The notes: a model not told the origin generated them from the sequence alone. Counted from the first letter of the stretch, positions 1-9,376 are shown. The stretch: DNA of 40,000 nucleotides from Haloquadratum sp. (GCA_031580685.1 JAVLBV010000006.1:2221-42220), one strand, 5' to 3'. Numbers and translations: made by a program.

Positions 1-137
1 ATGCACACCACATCGAGGATGCGTCGACGGGCCCGCACCGGCGAGGCGCCGATCTGGCGGGCGATGATGGCATCACGGGCCCCCTCGAGGTGCGCACACA
101 GCTGGAACTCGAACGCCGCCTCGGTGTGGACGTCCAT
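1..137 (-). CDS. Conserved hypothetical protein, N-terminal 45 codons only (gene runs off the left edge)
   Basis: A minus-strand ATG at 137-135 overlaps the stop of the upstream ROK gene (ATGA). It reads MDVHTEAAFEFQLCAHLEGARDAIIARQIGASPVRARRRILDVVC with GC-rich third positions. It is absent from the ORF track because it is truncated. Confidence 0.4.
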   Translation of the reverse strand, partial: MDVHTEAAFEFQLCAHLEGARDAIIARQIGASPVRARRRILDVVC

Positions 138-1105
138 CACTCCAGCCGGCGCCGATCGCCGGTGCCACCGGTGATCGCCGCCGCGATCGCCCCCTGCAGC
201 GGTGCCTCGTTGCCCAGCGGGCTCAGCCGGATGTCCGGCACCGTGGTGATCGGCGCGCGCTCGATCGCCGCACGCACCGGTGCGACGACCGCCTCGGGGT
301 TGTGGAGGGCGACCGACCCCCCGATCGAGATGATGAACGGTGCGTACGCGCGGATGACGGTCTCGATGCCGATCCGGTTCCAGCCGGTGATCCCCGCCAG
401 GACGGCCTCCGCCAGCGGGTCATCGGCCGCAGCAGCGGCGAAGACCCCCGCCGCATCCACCGTCTCCAGTGGCATCTCGGTGTGATGCTGTGTGGTCTCT
501 GCGAGGTGGCGGGCGTACCGTGGGATCGCCTCACCCGAGGCGTACGACTCCCAGTGCCCGGCCCCACCGCATCCACACGGCAGTGCCTGTGCGGGGTCGA
601 CGATGATGTGTCCGATCTCGCCCGCATTCGCATCCCACCCGCGGAGCACGGTGCCATCGACACAGACCCCCGCCCCGATCCCCGAGGAGATCGTCAGGTA
701 GACCATGTTGTCGGGGTTCGTCGGCGCGTGGAACCGCTCCCCGATGACCCCCGCGGTGGCGTCGTTCAGGACGGTCACCTCGGCGTCGGGGTACGCGGTG
801 GACATGGGTCCGAGCAGGTCGATCTGCTCGATGGGGAACGCGAGGTTCGGTGGGGAGACGACCGCCCCCTGCTGCATGTCCAGCGGGCCGAAGGTGGCGA
901 CCCCGACGCCGACGATATCCTCCGATGACAGCCCGGCATCCGCACACAGCGATGCGACCGCATCAAGCACCGCCGCGGTGATCGCCGCTCCGTCGGGACC
1001 CTGTGTCGTCGGCAGGGTCCGCTGGGCGATGACCTCACCGGACGCGCCGGCGATCGCGACACGCAGATTCGTCGCACCCAGGTCGACACCCACCGACCAC
1101 ACCAT
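137..1105 (-). CDS. ROK family sugar kinase (glucokinase-like)
   Basis: The translation shows GVDLGATNLRVA (N-terminal ATPase motif), LNDATAGVIGE, ISSGIGAG and the ROK zinc motif GHIIV...CGCGGAGHWE. I chose the start at MVWSVGVDLG (ATG 1105), not the ORF maximum at 1144. Confidence 0.85.
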   Translation of the reverse strand: MVWSVGVDLGATNLRVAIAGASGEVIAQRTLPTTQGPDGAAITAAVLDAVASLCADAGLSSEDIVGVGVATFGPLDMQQGAVVSPPNLAFPIEQIDLLGPMSTAYPDAEVTVLNDATAGVIGERFHAPTNPDNMVYLTISSGIGAGVCVDGTVLRGWDANAGEIGHIIVDPAQALPCGCGGAGHWESYASGEAIPRYARHLAETTQHHTEMPLETVDAAGVFAAAAADDPLAEAVLAGITGWNRIGIETVIRAYAPFIISIGGSVALHNPEAVVAPVRAAIERAPITTVPDIRLSPLGNEAPLQGAIAAAITGGTGDRRRLE

Positions 1106-1179
1106 CAGAGCGGGGCCTCCTCGGGGCCGCAGCACGCACCGCACCGGTGGCGACGGTGGTTCGGTGGCACCGGTCCCGC

Positions 1180-1560
1180 TCAGAACTCCGGTGCGTCCTT
1201 GTCCATCTCACGCTTCAGTGAATCGCGCCGTGATTTGGCGTTCCGACCGGTCGCCTCGAGGAGGAACTCGTTCTTCGCGGCCACCGCGGCCCCAGCCGCC
1301 TCGAGGTCCGTGGGCGACAGCTCCGCAGGGTCACGCTCGATGAACTCGACCGCCAGGGTGTCCTTCTTGCCCGGATACGAGACCGCACCCGCGACGATCC
1401 GCTCGAACACCGGGTTGTCGGGTGTGCCGACGACGAACAGGTCACTCCCCTGATGCTCTGTGGTCTCGGTGATCGGCCCGAAATACGACTCCACCGATGC
1501 CCGGAGGTCGGGCATCCGCTCAGCGAGCGTCTCGCCGCGTCGCATCTTGTACTCTCTCAT
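1180..1560 (-). CDS. Conserved haloarchaeal protein of unknown function (DUF5611-like, from memory)
   Basis: A 126-aa ORF beginning MREYKMRRGETLAERMPDL...KDTLAVEFIERDPAELSP...KSRRDSLKREMDKDAPEF. It has coding-type GC3 and resembles a small protein family restricted to Halobacteria. Confidence 0.65.
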   Translation of the reverse strand: MREYKMRRGETLAERMPDLRASVESYFGPITETTEHQGSDLFVVGTPDNPVFERIVAGAVSYPGKKDTLAVEFIERDPAELSPTDLEAAGAAVAAKNEFLLEATGRNAKSRRDSLKREMDKDAPEF

Positions 1561-1599
1561 CTACTCACCCCTCGTCGAATCCCAGATTTACCAGTTTCG

Positions 1600-2307
1600 T
1601 CATCCCTGCCGCCTGGCACGTTCGGCGATGTAGCCCCCGCGGCAGGCCGGACAGATGTCACCGCTGCGCATCGACGTGAGCGTCGCAGCCACCGCGTAGC
1701 CACATGCCGGACAGTAGAACTCCACCGCCTCATCCGGCAGGTCTGCCACATCGACCGGCGCATCGGAGCCGCCCACCGTATCGACCGACCGGGTGGCGGG
1801 CCGCGCGGAGGTGACCCGGTCCACCGCCACCTGGTCGCGCTGAGATGTCCGCGGTGCGGCTGGCTCCTCCGTGGGGGGTGTGGGTGGATCGGGCGGCTGC
1901 TCCGTGGGGGGTGTGGCCGTCTCCGCTGCCGCATCGCCCGATGAGGCGGGTGGCTCGAGGATCTCCGCATCCTCCTCGGCGGGGTCGGCGGTCCCCGGAT
2001 CGAGCGCGCCGGTCCCGGACTCCCCGGTGGACCCTTGGCTGGGCCGGAGGCTGGGGTCGAGGATGTCGTCCAGATGCGGGTCACCGGCGGTCGCAGCCGA
2101 CTCGGGGGGGGTCGCCGCCGCCCCCGTGTCAGCACCCCGGATCGCGACCACCTCTGTGTTCTGACTGATCACCAGACGGTCACCGCACCGGGCACAGACA
2201 CGGACCTCACGCTCGGTCGTGACCATCTCACCGCCACGCTCCTCGCGCATCCGCTCGGTCGTCGCCTCGCCGAACTGATGTCCGATGAGCTGGCACGTCA
2301 GTCCCAT
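1600..2307 (-). CDS. Zinc-ribbon protein with acidic, proline-rich disordered linker
   Basis: Start is at MGLTCQLIGHQFGE (ATG 2307). The N-terminal module is C-x4-H...C-x2-C (VCARCGD). The C-terminal module is CPACG-x16-CPAC. Only the 3' 708 nt of the 612-aa track ORF is credible, because the rest is antisense to the next gene. Confidence 0.75.
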   Translation of the reverse strand: MGLTCQLIGHQFGEATTERMREERGGEMVTTEREVRVCARCGDRLVISQNTEVVAIRGADTGAAATPPESAATAGDPHLDDILDPSLRPSQGSTGESGTGALDPGTADPAEEDAEILEPPASSGDAAAETATPPTEQPPDPPTPPTEEPAAPRTSQRDQVAVDRVTSARPATRSVDTVGGSDAPVDVADLPDEAVEFYCPACGYAVAATLTSMRSGDICPACRGGYIAERARRQG

Positions 2308-2329
2308 ACCATCCCACAACTCGCATGGT

Positions 2330-2336
2330 TCAAAAG
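2330..2336 (-). promoter_or_regulatory. TATA-like element (CTTTTGA on minus strand) for the zinc-ribbon gene
   Basis: An AT-rich heptamer is centred about 26 nt upstream of ATG 2307. This spacing is typical of leaderless haloarchaeal transcripts. Confidence 0.35.
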
Positions 2337-2364
2337 CATGTAGCACCGGACGGCGGACGTCGGG

Positions 2365-2370
2365 CTTTAG
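2365..2370 (+). promoter_or_regulatory. TATA-like element (CTTTAG) for the YgfZ-like gene
   Basis: It is centred about 27 nt upstream of ATG 2395, which supports that start over ATG 2431. Confidence 0.35.
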
Positions 2371-2394
2371 CCAGATGCGCCCCGAGCAGGGGTG

Positions 2395-3489
2395 ATGACC
2401 GGCGGCTACCACCGTGACCTGGGGGGACAGATGATCGACACTGCCGATGCGATCGGTGTCGTCACGGACTACGGTCGCCCCACACGGACGGCGATGGCGG
2501 TCCGGAAGGGGGCGGGGGTGATCGAGCTGCGCTACGGGGTGATCGAGCTGCGGGGCGCCGACCGCGAGGCGTTCGTCAACAACACCGTGAGTGTGGATGT
2601 GCCGCAGACGGATGCGGCGGGGACCTACGGGTTCCTGCTCGACCCACAGGGGAAGATCATCGCGGACATGTACATCCTCGCGGGTGCGGACCGGCTCCTG
2701 TGCCTGGTCCACCCGCAGGTGACCGCGCAGATCGTCGATCAGTGGCAGGAGCGGGTGTTCATCCAGGATGTGGAGATCACCGACGCCTCGGACGCCTACA
2801 GCGTGATGGAGGTGCACGGGCCGCAGGCGACCGAGAAGGTCGCGAGCGTGCTGACCGGGCCGGGGGCGCCCGCGGACCCGTTCGATGTGGTCCGCGGGGC
2901 GATCGGGGAGGCGGGGGTCGTCGTGATGGCTGGAGATGGGCTGTTGGGCGAGGAGATGTTCATGATCGTCGGAGCGCGTGAGGCCGCTGAGGGGCTGTTC
3001 GACCGGCTGCTGACGATGGGGATCGGCGCGATCCCCTTCGGGATGGAGACCTACCGCACGCTCGCGATCGAGGCGGGGACACCGCTGTTCCCCGATGAGC
3101 TCGCAGGCGCCATCCCGAACACGTTCGACCTCGCCGTCGGGGTCGACTACGCGAAGGGGTGCTTCATCGGTCAGGAGGTCGTCTCGAAGGTGGCGAATCG
3201 GGGACGCCCCAGCCGGGAGCTGGTCGGGCTCCGGGCCCGTGGGCGGTTCCCGACAGCGGCGATCGTGGACGACGGGGCGGAGATCGGGCAGGTGACCGCC
3301 ACCGGGCAGGTGACCGGTGGGACCGACTGTGTGGGCCTGGGCATCATCACCCGGGGACGGGTGCAGACGGGTGCGACGGTCACCGTCGATGCCGAGGAGG
3401 TGTCGGTCGTCGCACTCCCGGTCATCGAGGGGTCGCACCCGTCGGGGCGTCGGCCCCAGCCAGACCTCGTCGCCTCAGAGTCGGAGTAA
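2395..3489 (+). CDS. Folate-binding aminomethyltransferase-family protein (YgfZ/GcvT-like)
   Basis: The translation has the GcvT-fold signature spread along its length (YGRPTRTAMAVRKGAGVIEL, FLLDPQGKIIADM, ETYRTLAIEAGTP, KGCFIGQEVV). The start could be ATG 2395 (TATA spacing) or 2431. Confidence 0.85.
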   Translation: MTGGYHRDLGGQMIDTADAIGVVTDYGRPTRTAMAVRKGAGVIELRYGVIELRGADREAFVNNTVSVDVPQTDAAGTYGFLLDPQGKIIADMYILAGADRLLCLVHPQVTAQIVDQWQERVFIQDVEITDASDAYSVMEVHGPQATEKVASVLTGPGAPADPFDVVRGAIGEAGVVVMAGDGLLGEEMFMIVGAREAAEGLFDRLLTMGIGAIPFGMETYRTLAIEAGTPLFPDELAGAIPNTFDLAVGVDYAKGCFIGQEVVSKVANRGRPSRELVGLRARGRFPTAAIVDDGAEIGQVTATGQVTGGTDCVGLGIITRGRVQTGATVTVDAEEVSVVALPVIEGSHPSGRRPQPDLVASESE

Positions 3490-4572
3490 CCGGCGGATCT
3501 GCCGGCCCGAGAACAGGCTCGTCGGGCGGTCCATGTGCACGTCGATCTCCCCGCTGAGAGCGCGCAGCCCGAGGCGCTGCAGCGGGGCGGGGAGGTCGTA
3601 GGCCCGGCGGACCCACGCCCCCAGACGGACCTCGCGGGCGAGCGCCCGCCGCCAGCGGCGCTCGTACCGCTGCAGGGTGGCGGGGTCGGTGGGGTCGATC
3701 GCCGCCGCAGCGATGTCCGCAGCCTGCATCCCATAGAGGATGCCACCCCCGGTGAACGGCTTGGTCTGTGCGGCCGCATCCCCCACCACGAACCCCCGAT
3801 CGCCGACCGTCGCGGCCGGGGGGCCGATCGGGATCGCCCCCGAACAGCGGTCGCTGAGCGAGACATCATACGCCGAGAGGAACCGACGGAATCGCGCCCG
3901 CAGATCGGCGCCCGGGGCGCCTGCGATCCCGTACTCCACACCCGCCTCACCGCGTGGGATCCGCCAGGCGAAGAAGCCGGGGACGATGAGATGCACGTCC
4001 ACATGGTCCGCCGCATCAGGGGTGGGGTCGAAGCCCAACACGCCATGGAGCAGCTCGCCGGGTGGGTCGATGCCGAGCGCCCGCCGCGTCCGAGAGGTGG
4101 GGCCGTCCGCACCCACGACCATCCTGGCGTGGACGCCCAGCGGACCATCTGGTGTCTGCACCTCGACGTCGACATGTGCGGGGCCCGGCGTCACCGCCGT
4201 GACGGTGTGATGGGTGCGGACATCCGCACCAGCGGTGGTGGCCGCCTCTGCGAGCGCCCTGTCGAGCCCGACGCGGTCGATGACCACCGAGATCGTCTCC
4301 TCGCGGTAGAAGCGATGCCCGGGGGCATCAGGACCCCCCACATGGAACCGTGCAGCGGAGATCTCGTTCTGTCGGAGCCCGCGCGCCGCACCCGGTGGGA
4401 GGTACCGGTAGATGTCGGTGCTCACATGCCCCGAGCACGCGAGGGGGGTGCCCACCGCGCCCTGCTCGAAGGCGATGACCCGGTGCCCGCGGTCTGCGGC
4501 CTGGCGCGCGAACCGGGCACCGGCGGGCCCGACCCCGACGACCGCGAAGTCGTAGAGCTCAGCGGAGCTCAT
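3475..4572 (-). CDS. Geranylgeranyl reductase family FAD-dependent oxidoreductase
   Basis: Seen in the translation: YDFAVVGVGPAGARFA (a dinucleotide-binding GxGxxG), VVGADGPTSRTRR, and FVVGDAAAQTKPFTGGGI. The start at MSSAELYD (ATG 4572) overlaps the pdaD stop by 4 nt. Confidence 0.85.
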   Translation of the reverse strand: MSSAELYDFAVVGVGPAGARFARQAADRGHRVIAFEQGAVGTPLACSGHVSTDIYRYLPPGAARGLRQNEISAARFHVGGPDAPGHRFYREETISVVIDRVGLDRALAEAATTAGADVRTHHTVTAVTPGPAHVDVEVQTPDGPLGVHARMVVGADGPTSRTRRALGIDPPGELLHGVLGFDPTPDAADHVDVHLIVPGFFAWRIPRGEAGVEYGIAGAPGADLRARFRRFLSAYDVSLSDRCSGAIPIGPPAATVGDRGFVVGDAAAQTKPFTGGGILYGMQAADIAAAAIDPTDPATLQRYERRWRRALAREVRLGAWVRRAYDLPAPLQRLGLRALSGEIDVHMDRPTSLFSGRQIRRLLRL

Positions 4573-5057
4573 AGCATCGGGCGGGCCTCCCCGTAGGTGG
4601 CGATGCACACCGCCGCGTGTGCGGCCGCATCGGTGGGGCCATCGGCAGCCTCGACGTGCGTCAGTGGCGGCCGCTCCCACCCCCGTAGCTCGCAGCCGGC
4701 ATGCAGGCCGGTCTCGACGCGGTCACGGAGGAGCGAGGCATCGCTGCCTGCGGCCTCATAGAACAGCCCCTGGCCCTCCCGATCGGTCCATCCGAGCACG
4801 GCCGCCACGGGCATCTCGCCCGCATCGACGGCGACCGATTCGACGACGAAGAGCTGCTCCCCCGCCGCACCCAGCGGGGGGATGGTCTCGACGCGGCGGA
4901 CCGTCGCCTCCGGGGGGATCACGGAGGAGACCGACACGAGGTTGTACTCGTGGACGTTCGCTGCGGCGAGCGCCGCATCGTACGCGGCGAGGTCGGTGGG
5001 ACCTGCGCCCACGCCGGTGCTGATGTGGATCACCCCATCGGCGGCCACAGCCGTCAC
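4569..5057 (-). CDS. pdaD: Pyruvoyl-dependent arginine decarboxylase
   Basis: A 162-aa protein with [31 protein letters not shown], the self-cleavage Ser-Ser site typical of PdaD. The GTG start at 5057 overlaps the pan stop (GTGA). Confidence 0.85.
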   Translation of the reverse strand: MTAVAADGVIHISTGVGAGPTDLAAYDAALAAANVHEYNLVSVSSVIPPEATVRRVETIPPLGAAGEQLFVVESVAVDAGEMPVAAVLGWTDREGQGLFYEAAGSDASLLRDRVETGLHAGCELRGWERPPLTHVEAADGPTDAAAHAAVCIATYGEARPML

Positions 5058-6280
5058 CGGTGGTACGCAGGGCCCGCGATCGTCGTCGGCTGGCTCGCGT
5101 GGTCGATCTTCTCGTGTGCGGCGTCGAAGTCGGCCTCACACACCTCTGTGCGGCCCTCCCGGATCGCGAACATCCCCGCCTCCGTCGCCAGGGCGGCGAG
5201 ATCGGCCCCCGAGAAGCTGCTGAAGCGCGCGGCGAGCACATGCAGGTCCACATCCGACGACAGCTGCATCTTCGCGGTGTGGATCCGCAGGATCTCCTCA
5301 CGGCCCGCCGCCTCCGGCTTCGGCACCTCGATGAGCCGGTCGAACCGGCCCGGACGCAGGATGGCCTCATCGAGCATGTCCGACCGGTTCGTCGCGGCGA
5401 TCAGGCGGATCTCGCCGCGCTCATCGAAGCCGTCCATCTCCGCGAGCAGCTGCATCATCGTGCGCTGGACCTCCGCATCCCCGGAGGTCTTCGAGTCGGT
5501 GCGCTTCGATGCGACCGCGTCGATCTCATCGATGAAGATCACCGCGGGCTCCCGGTTCGCTGCGAGGGCGAAGAGGTCCCGCACCAAGCGGGCGCCCTCA
5601 CCGATGAACTTGCGGACGAGCTCCGAGCCCGCCATCTTGATGAACGTCGCGTCGGTCTCGTTGGCGACCGCCTTCGCCAGCATCGTCTTGCCCGTCCCCG
5701 GCGGGCCGTACAGCAGCACGCCCGCCGGTGGTTCGACGCCCACGGCGGTGAACAGCTCCGGCTTCACCAGCGGGTCCTCGACGGCCTCGCGCACCTCGCG
5801 GATCTGCTCGTCGAGCCCGCCGATGTCGTCATAGACCACATCGGGCGACTGCTGGATCTCCATCGCCTGCGCCCGCGCATCCGTCTCCACATCCATCACC
5901 AGCTGCACGGTGAACGAGTCGTCGATCGCGACACGGTCCCCGGCTTCGACCACTGAGGCGAGCTGCGGGCGGACCTCCGTGAGCACCTCCTGGTTGTTCC
6001 CATGCTGACGGATGATCGCCTGCTCATCGGACAGCTCCTCCACCGTCGCCAGGTAGAGCGAGCCGCCCTTGAGCATCTCATTCTCCTCCTTCAGCCGGGC
6101 GGCCTCCGCACGCAGCTCCGCCTGCAGTCCCGTCGCCTCATCCAGGCGGTCCCGCAGCTCCGCATGGATCGCCTCAAGCTCCGTCTGGTGGGCCTGCATC
6201 GCGGCGAGCCGCTCGCTCACCGTCATCTCTGGGTCGAGGTCCAACCGTGGTCGATCCGGCAGTGAGGGGCTCCGTGACAT
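5054..6280 (-). CDS. pan: Proteasome-activating nucleotidase (AAA+ ATPase PAN)
   Basis: It has an N-terminal coiled coil, an OB segment, Walker A GPPGTGKT, Walker B IIFIDEID, and a C-terminal HbYX-type tail ...GPAYHR. Confidence 0.95.
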   Translation of the reverse strand: MSRSPSLPDRPRLDLDPEMTVSERLAAMQAHQTELEAIHAELRDRLDEATGLQAELRAEAARLKEENEMLKGGSLYLATVEELSDEQAIIRQHGNNQEVLTEVRPQLASVVEAGDRVAIDDSFTVQLVMDVETDARAQAMEIQQSPDVVYDDIGGLDEQIREVREAVEDPLVKPELFTAVGVEPPAGVLLYGPPGTGKTMLAKAVANETDATFIKMAGSELVRKFIGEGARLVRDLFALAANREPAVIFIDEIDAVASKRTDSKTSGDAEVQRTMMQLLAEMDGFDERGEIRLIAATNRSDMLDEAILRPGRFDRLIEVPKPEAAGREEILRIHTAKMQLSSDVDLHVLAARFSSFSGADLAALATEAGMFAIREGRTEVCEADFDAAHEKIDHASQPTTIAGPAYHR

Positions 6281-6308
6281 CCGTGTTGCTGACGCTTTGC
6301 AGAGCCGG

Positions 6309-6313
6309 TAAAT
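6309..6313 (-). promoter_or_regulatory. TATA-like element (ATTTA on minus strand) upstream of pan
   Basis: This is the only AT-rich patch in the 45-nt spacer between the pan start (6280) and the dut stop (6326). It lies about 29-33 nt upstream of the ATG. Confidence 0.35.
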
Positions 6314-6325
6314 GTGCCTTTGGGT

Positions 6326-6796
6326 CTACGGGGTGTCGAGATGCTCCCCCTGGAACTGCCCGTCGTACCCACCGTCGTGCTCGGCCTTCGCGAGCACCAG
6401 CTGTGCGACCCGGGCATCTGCGGCGATCGAGACCGGGGCCGTGACATCAAGCAGCCCCTCCCCGCGACCACGGTAGCCGCTGTCCCACACCGCGGTGTTG
6501 ATCATCGCCCCGTTGCGCAGCAGGCTCGAGCGGGGGTACAGGAACCCCAGATGCCCCTCGGGGATCGCGATCTGCTCGCGATACCGGATGATGTAGCCCC
6601 CGGGATCGAGCCGGTAGCTGCCGTCGACCGGCGCGAGCTCCTCGCGGGCACCGACGGTCGTCTCCGTCTCACCGATGTGTCCCGGTGCCGTCGGGCTGAA
6701 GATCGCCGCCACCCGGAGGTCCACCCCGTTCGGCTGTGGCTGTGCCGCATCCACCGGGTGGAGCTGGCCTGCGACGTACGTGCCGGCGCGAAACAT
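6326..6796 (-). CDS. dut: dUTPase / dCTP deaminase-family nucleotidohydrolase
   Basis: Seen in the translation: GVDLRV, GYIIRYREQIAIPEGHLGFLYPRSSLLRNG, and DSGYRGRGEGLL. The start was chosen at MFRAGTYVAGQL (ATG 6796), because the longer ORF would run into the acn promoter. Confidence 0.8.
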   Translation of the reverse strand: MFRAGTYVAGQLHPVDAAQPQPNGVDLRVAAIFSPTAPGHIGETETTVGAREELAPVDGSYRLDPGGYIIRYREQIAIPEGHLGFLYPRSSLLRNGAMINTAVWDSGYRGRGEGLLDVTAPVSIAADARVAQLVLAKAEHDGGYDGQFQGEHLDTP

Positions 6797-6879
6797 ACCC
6801 GCATCTCGCAGGTCCACCGCTTTACTCTGGTGCACCGCGAGGACCGCCCCACCCATCCAGAGGCTGGACAACGGCGGGC

Positions 6880-6886
6880 TTATCAA
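6880..6886 (+). promoter_or_regulatory. TATA-like element (TTATCAA) upstream of aconitase
   Basis: It is centred about 29 nt upstream of ATG 6912 in the divergent dut/acn spacer. Confidence 0.35.
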
Positions 6887-6911
6887 GATACGTCATGAAG
6901 GTGCGCGTGAT

Positions 6912-8873
6912 ATGGGACAGACGCTCACGGAGAAGATCCTCGCGGACCACCTGGTCGAAGGAGAGCTCGAGCCGGGGACGGAGATCGGCATCTCGGTCGA
7001 CCAGGTCCTGACACAGGATACCACGGGGACGATGGTGTGGCTGCAGTTCGAGGCGCTGGAGCTCGATGAGGTCCAGACCGAACTTGTCGCGCAGTACTGC
7101 GACCACCAGACGTACCAGTTCGACTTCAAGAACACCGACGATCACCGCTTCCTCCGCTCTGCGGCGGGGGTCTACGGCGCGTACTTCTCGCGGCCGGGCA
7201 ACGGGATCTGCCACAACGTGCACAAGGAGAACTTCGCAGCACCGGGCAAGACCCTCCTGGGGTCGGATTCGCACACCCCGACGCCCGGCGGGTTGGGCCA
7301 GCTCGCGATCGGGGCGGGCGGCTTGGACATCTCGGTGGCGATGGGTGGGGGTGCGTACTACGTGGAGATGCCAGAGGTCGTCAACGTCCGGCTGGAGGGG
7401 GAGCTGTCGGGGTGGGCGACGGCGAAGGATGTGATCCTCGAGATGCTCCGACGGCTCTCCGTGAAGGGAGGGGTGGGGAAGGTGTTCGAGTACACCGGCC
7501 CGGGTGTGGCCACACTGAGTGTGCCCGAGCGGACGACGATCACCAACATGGGCACGGAGTTGGGTGCCACCTCGTCGATCTTCCCCACCGATGACCGCAC
7601 GCGGGAGTACCTCGCCCGACAGGGGCGTGAGGCCGAGTACGTCGAGCTTTCCGCGGACGCGGATGCGGAGTACGCAGACGAGCTCGTGATCGACCTCAGC
7701 GCACTCGAGCCGCTGATCGCGCTCCCGTCGATGCCGGACGATGTCGTCCCGGTACGGGAGGTCGTGGGCACGCCGGTCCAGCAGGTGATCGTCGGGTCGT
7801 GCACGAACGGTGGGTACGAGGACATCCTGCCGGTCGCGAAGATGCTCAAGGGACGCGAGGTCGACCGGCGCACCGATGTCGTCATCGCACCGGGCTCGAA
7901 GCAGGCGTCGGAGCTGCTCGCGCGGGAGGGGTGGACGGCGGAGCTGATGGCCGCTGGTGTGAACTTCTCAGAGGCGACCTGTGGGGCCTGCATCGGCATC
8001 GGGCACGTCCCCGCCTCGGACTCGGTCTCCCTGCGGACGTTCAACCGGAACTTCGAGGGACGCTCGGGGATCGAGGATGATGCGGTGTACCTGTGCTCAC
8101 CCGAGGTCGCCGCCGCGGCGGCGCTGACCGGGGAGATCACCGATCCCGGTGACCTCGAGGGCATCAGTCCACCGGGTGTGGAGCTCCCGAAGGCGTACGA
8201 TGGGTCGACGGTCGACATCATCACCCCGGAGGACCCCGTCGATGAGCAGCTCATCAAGGGGCCCAACATCGGCTCCGCACCGATCGGCGAGCCGATCGAG
8301 CCGGACGTCGGTGGCGAGGTGCTGCTGAAGATGGGTGACAACATCACCACCGACCACATCATCCCCGGGACGGCGGAGGTGCTGATGTACCGGTCGAACA
8401 TCGAGAAGCTCTCTGAGTTCACCCTCTCACGCGTGGATGACAGCTTCGCCGAGCGGGCGATGACCGCAGGTGGCGGCGTGCTCGTCGCCGGGGAGAACTA
8501 CGGACAGGGGTCCTCGCGGGAGCACGCGGCGATGTGTCCGCTGTATCTCGGTGTGGAGGCGGTGGTGGCGCAGTCGTTCGCTCGGATCCACAAGGCGAAC
8601 CTGATCAACTTCGGGATCATCCCCCTCGAGATCGATGCGGAGACGTACGACCAGATCGAGCAGGGCGAGTCGCTGCGCGTCGATGATGATGCGCGGGAGG
8701 CGGTCCTGGGCGGGGCGACGAGCGTGACGATCGCGGGTGAGGGCTGGGAGGCGACGGCGGAGCTGGACATCTCCGCGCGCGAGCGCGAGATCCTCGCCGC
8801 GGGTGGCAAGCTGCGGCTCACGCGGGACCAGTTCGACACCGGCGCAGGCGGGGCCGCACCGGCGGACGACTGA
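6912..8873 (+). CDS. acnA: Aconitate hydratase
   Basis: A 653-aa protein: MGQTLTEKILADHL, DQVLTQDTTGT, the Fe-S ligand context GSDSHTPT and GSCTNG, and a swivel domain GENYGQGSSREHAA. The upstream 79 codons of the track ORF are rejected because they are antisense to dut. Confidence 0.93.
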   Translation: MGQTLTEKILADHLVEGELEPGTEIGISVDQVLTQDTTGTMVWLQFEALELDEVQTELVAQYCDHQTYQFDFKNTDDHRFLRSAAGVYGAYFSRPGNGICHNVHKENFAAPGKTLLGSDSHTPTPGGLGQLAIGAGGLDISVAMGGGAYYVEMPEVVNVRLEGELSGWATAKDVILEMLRRLSVKGGVGKVFEYTGPGVATLSVPERTTITNMGTELGATSSIFPTDDRTREYLARQGREAEYVELSADADAEYADELVIDLSALEPLIALPSMPDDVVPVREVVGTPVQQVIVGSCTNGGYEDILPVAKMLKGREVDRRTDVVIAPGSKQASELLAREGWTAELMAAGVNFSEATCGACIGIGHVPASDSVSLRTFNRNFEGRSGIEDDAVYLCSPEVAAAAALTGEITDPGDLEGISPPGVELPKAYDGSTVDIITPEDPVDEQLIKGPNIGSAPIGEPIEPDVGGEVLLKMGDNITTDHIIPGTAEVLMYRSNIEKLSEFTLSRVDDSFAERAMTAGGGVLVAGENYGQGSSREHAAMCPLYLGVEAVVAQSFARIHKANLINFGIIPLEIDAETYDQIEQGESLRVDDDAREAVLGGATSVTIAGEGWEATAELDISAREREILAAGGKLRLTRDQFDTGAGGAAPADD

Positions 8874-8881
8874 CCCCACCG

Positions 8882-9376
8882 ATGGGGGGTCCCTCCTCGA
8901 GGGTGGCCGTGCATGGACCGGATGCGGACGCCTGGTCCATCCGAGCCGCGCGACAGGAGGATGTCCACGCCATCGCGGCGATCGAGGCGGCGTGCTTCCA
9001 GCAACCCCTGCCGTACCGCTACATCCAGCAGTCGGTCGAGGGTGCACGGGTGGGGGTGGCGACAGCGGAGGGTGCTGTCGGTGGGTTCGTCATCTACCGG
9101 ATGGTCCCCACCGCCGCCGGACGCCGTGGGCACCTCGCGGACCTCGCCGTGGGGGCATCGGTGCGGCGACAGGGGCTCGGCCGTGCACTGCTGCGATGGG
9201 CGCTCCGACGTCTGCGTGGGTGCACGGAGGTGTGGCTCGAGGTGCGGGCTTCGAACCACGTGGCCCGCGCCCTGTACGCATCCGCCGGGTTCACACCTGT
9301 CAGTCGCCGGCGGCGCTACTACACGGATGGGGAGGATGCGCTGGTGCTGACCCGCGCGATGGGCAGAGGCCCCTGA
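8882..9376 (+). CDS. rimI: GNAT family N-acetyltransferase (RimI/Ard1-like)
   Basis: It carries the acetyl-CoA motif VRRQGLGRALL, followed by WLEVRASNHVARALYASAGF. It starts 9 nt after the acn stop. Confidence 0.8.
   Translation: MGGPSSRVAVHGPDADAWSIRAARQEDVHAIAAIEAACFQQPLPYRYIQQSVEGARVGVATAEGAVGGFVIYRMVPTAAGRRGHLADLAVGASVRRQGLGRALLRWALRRLRGCTEVWLEVRASNHVARALYASAGFTPVSRRRRYYTDGEDALVLTRAMGRGP

Noticed and set aside
2308-3438. The upstream two-thirds of the 612-aa minus-strand track ORF (1600..3438)
   Set aside because: Its translation is Arg/Pro/His/Asp-rich low-complexity sequence with no family resemblance, and it is exactly antisense to the well-supported YgfZ-like gene. Only the 3' 708 nt (the zinc-ribbon protein, ATG 2307) looks real.
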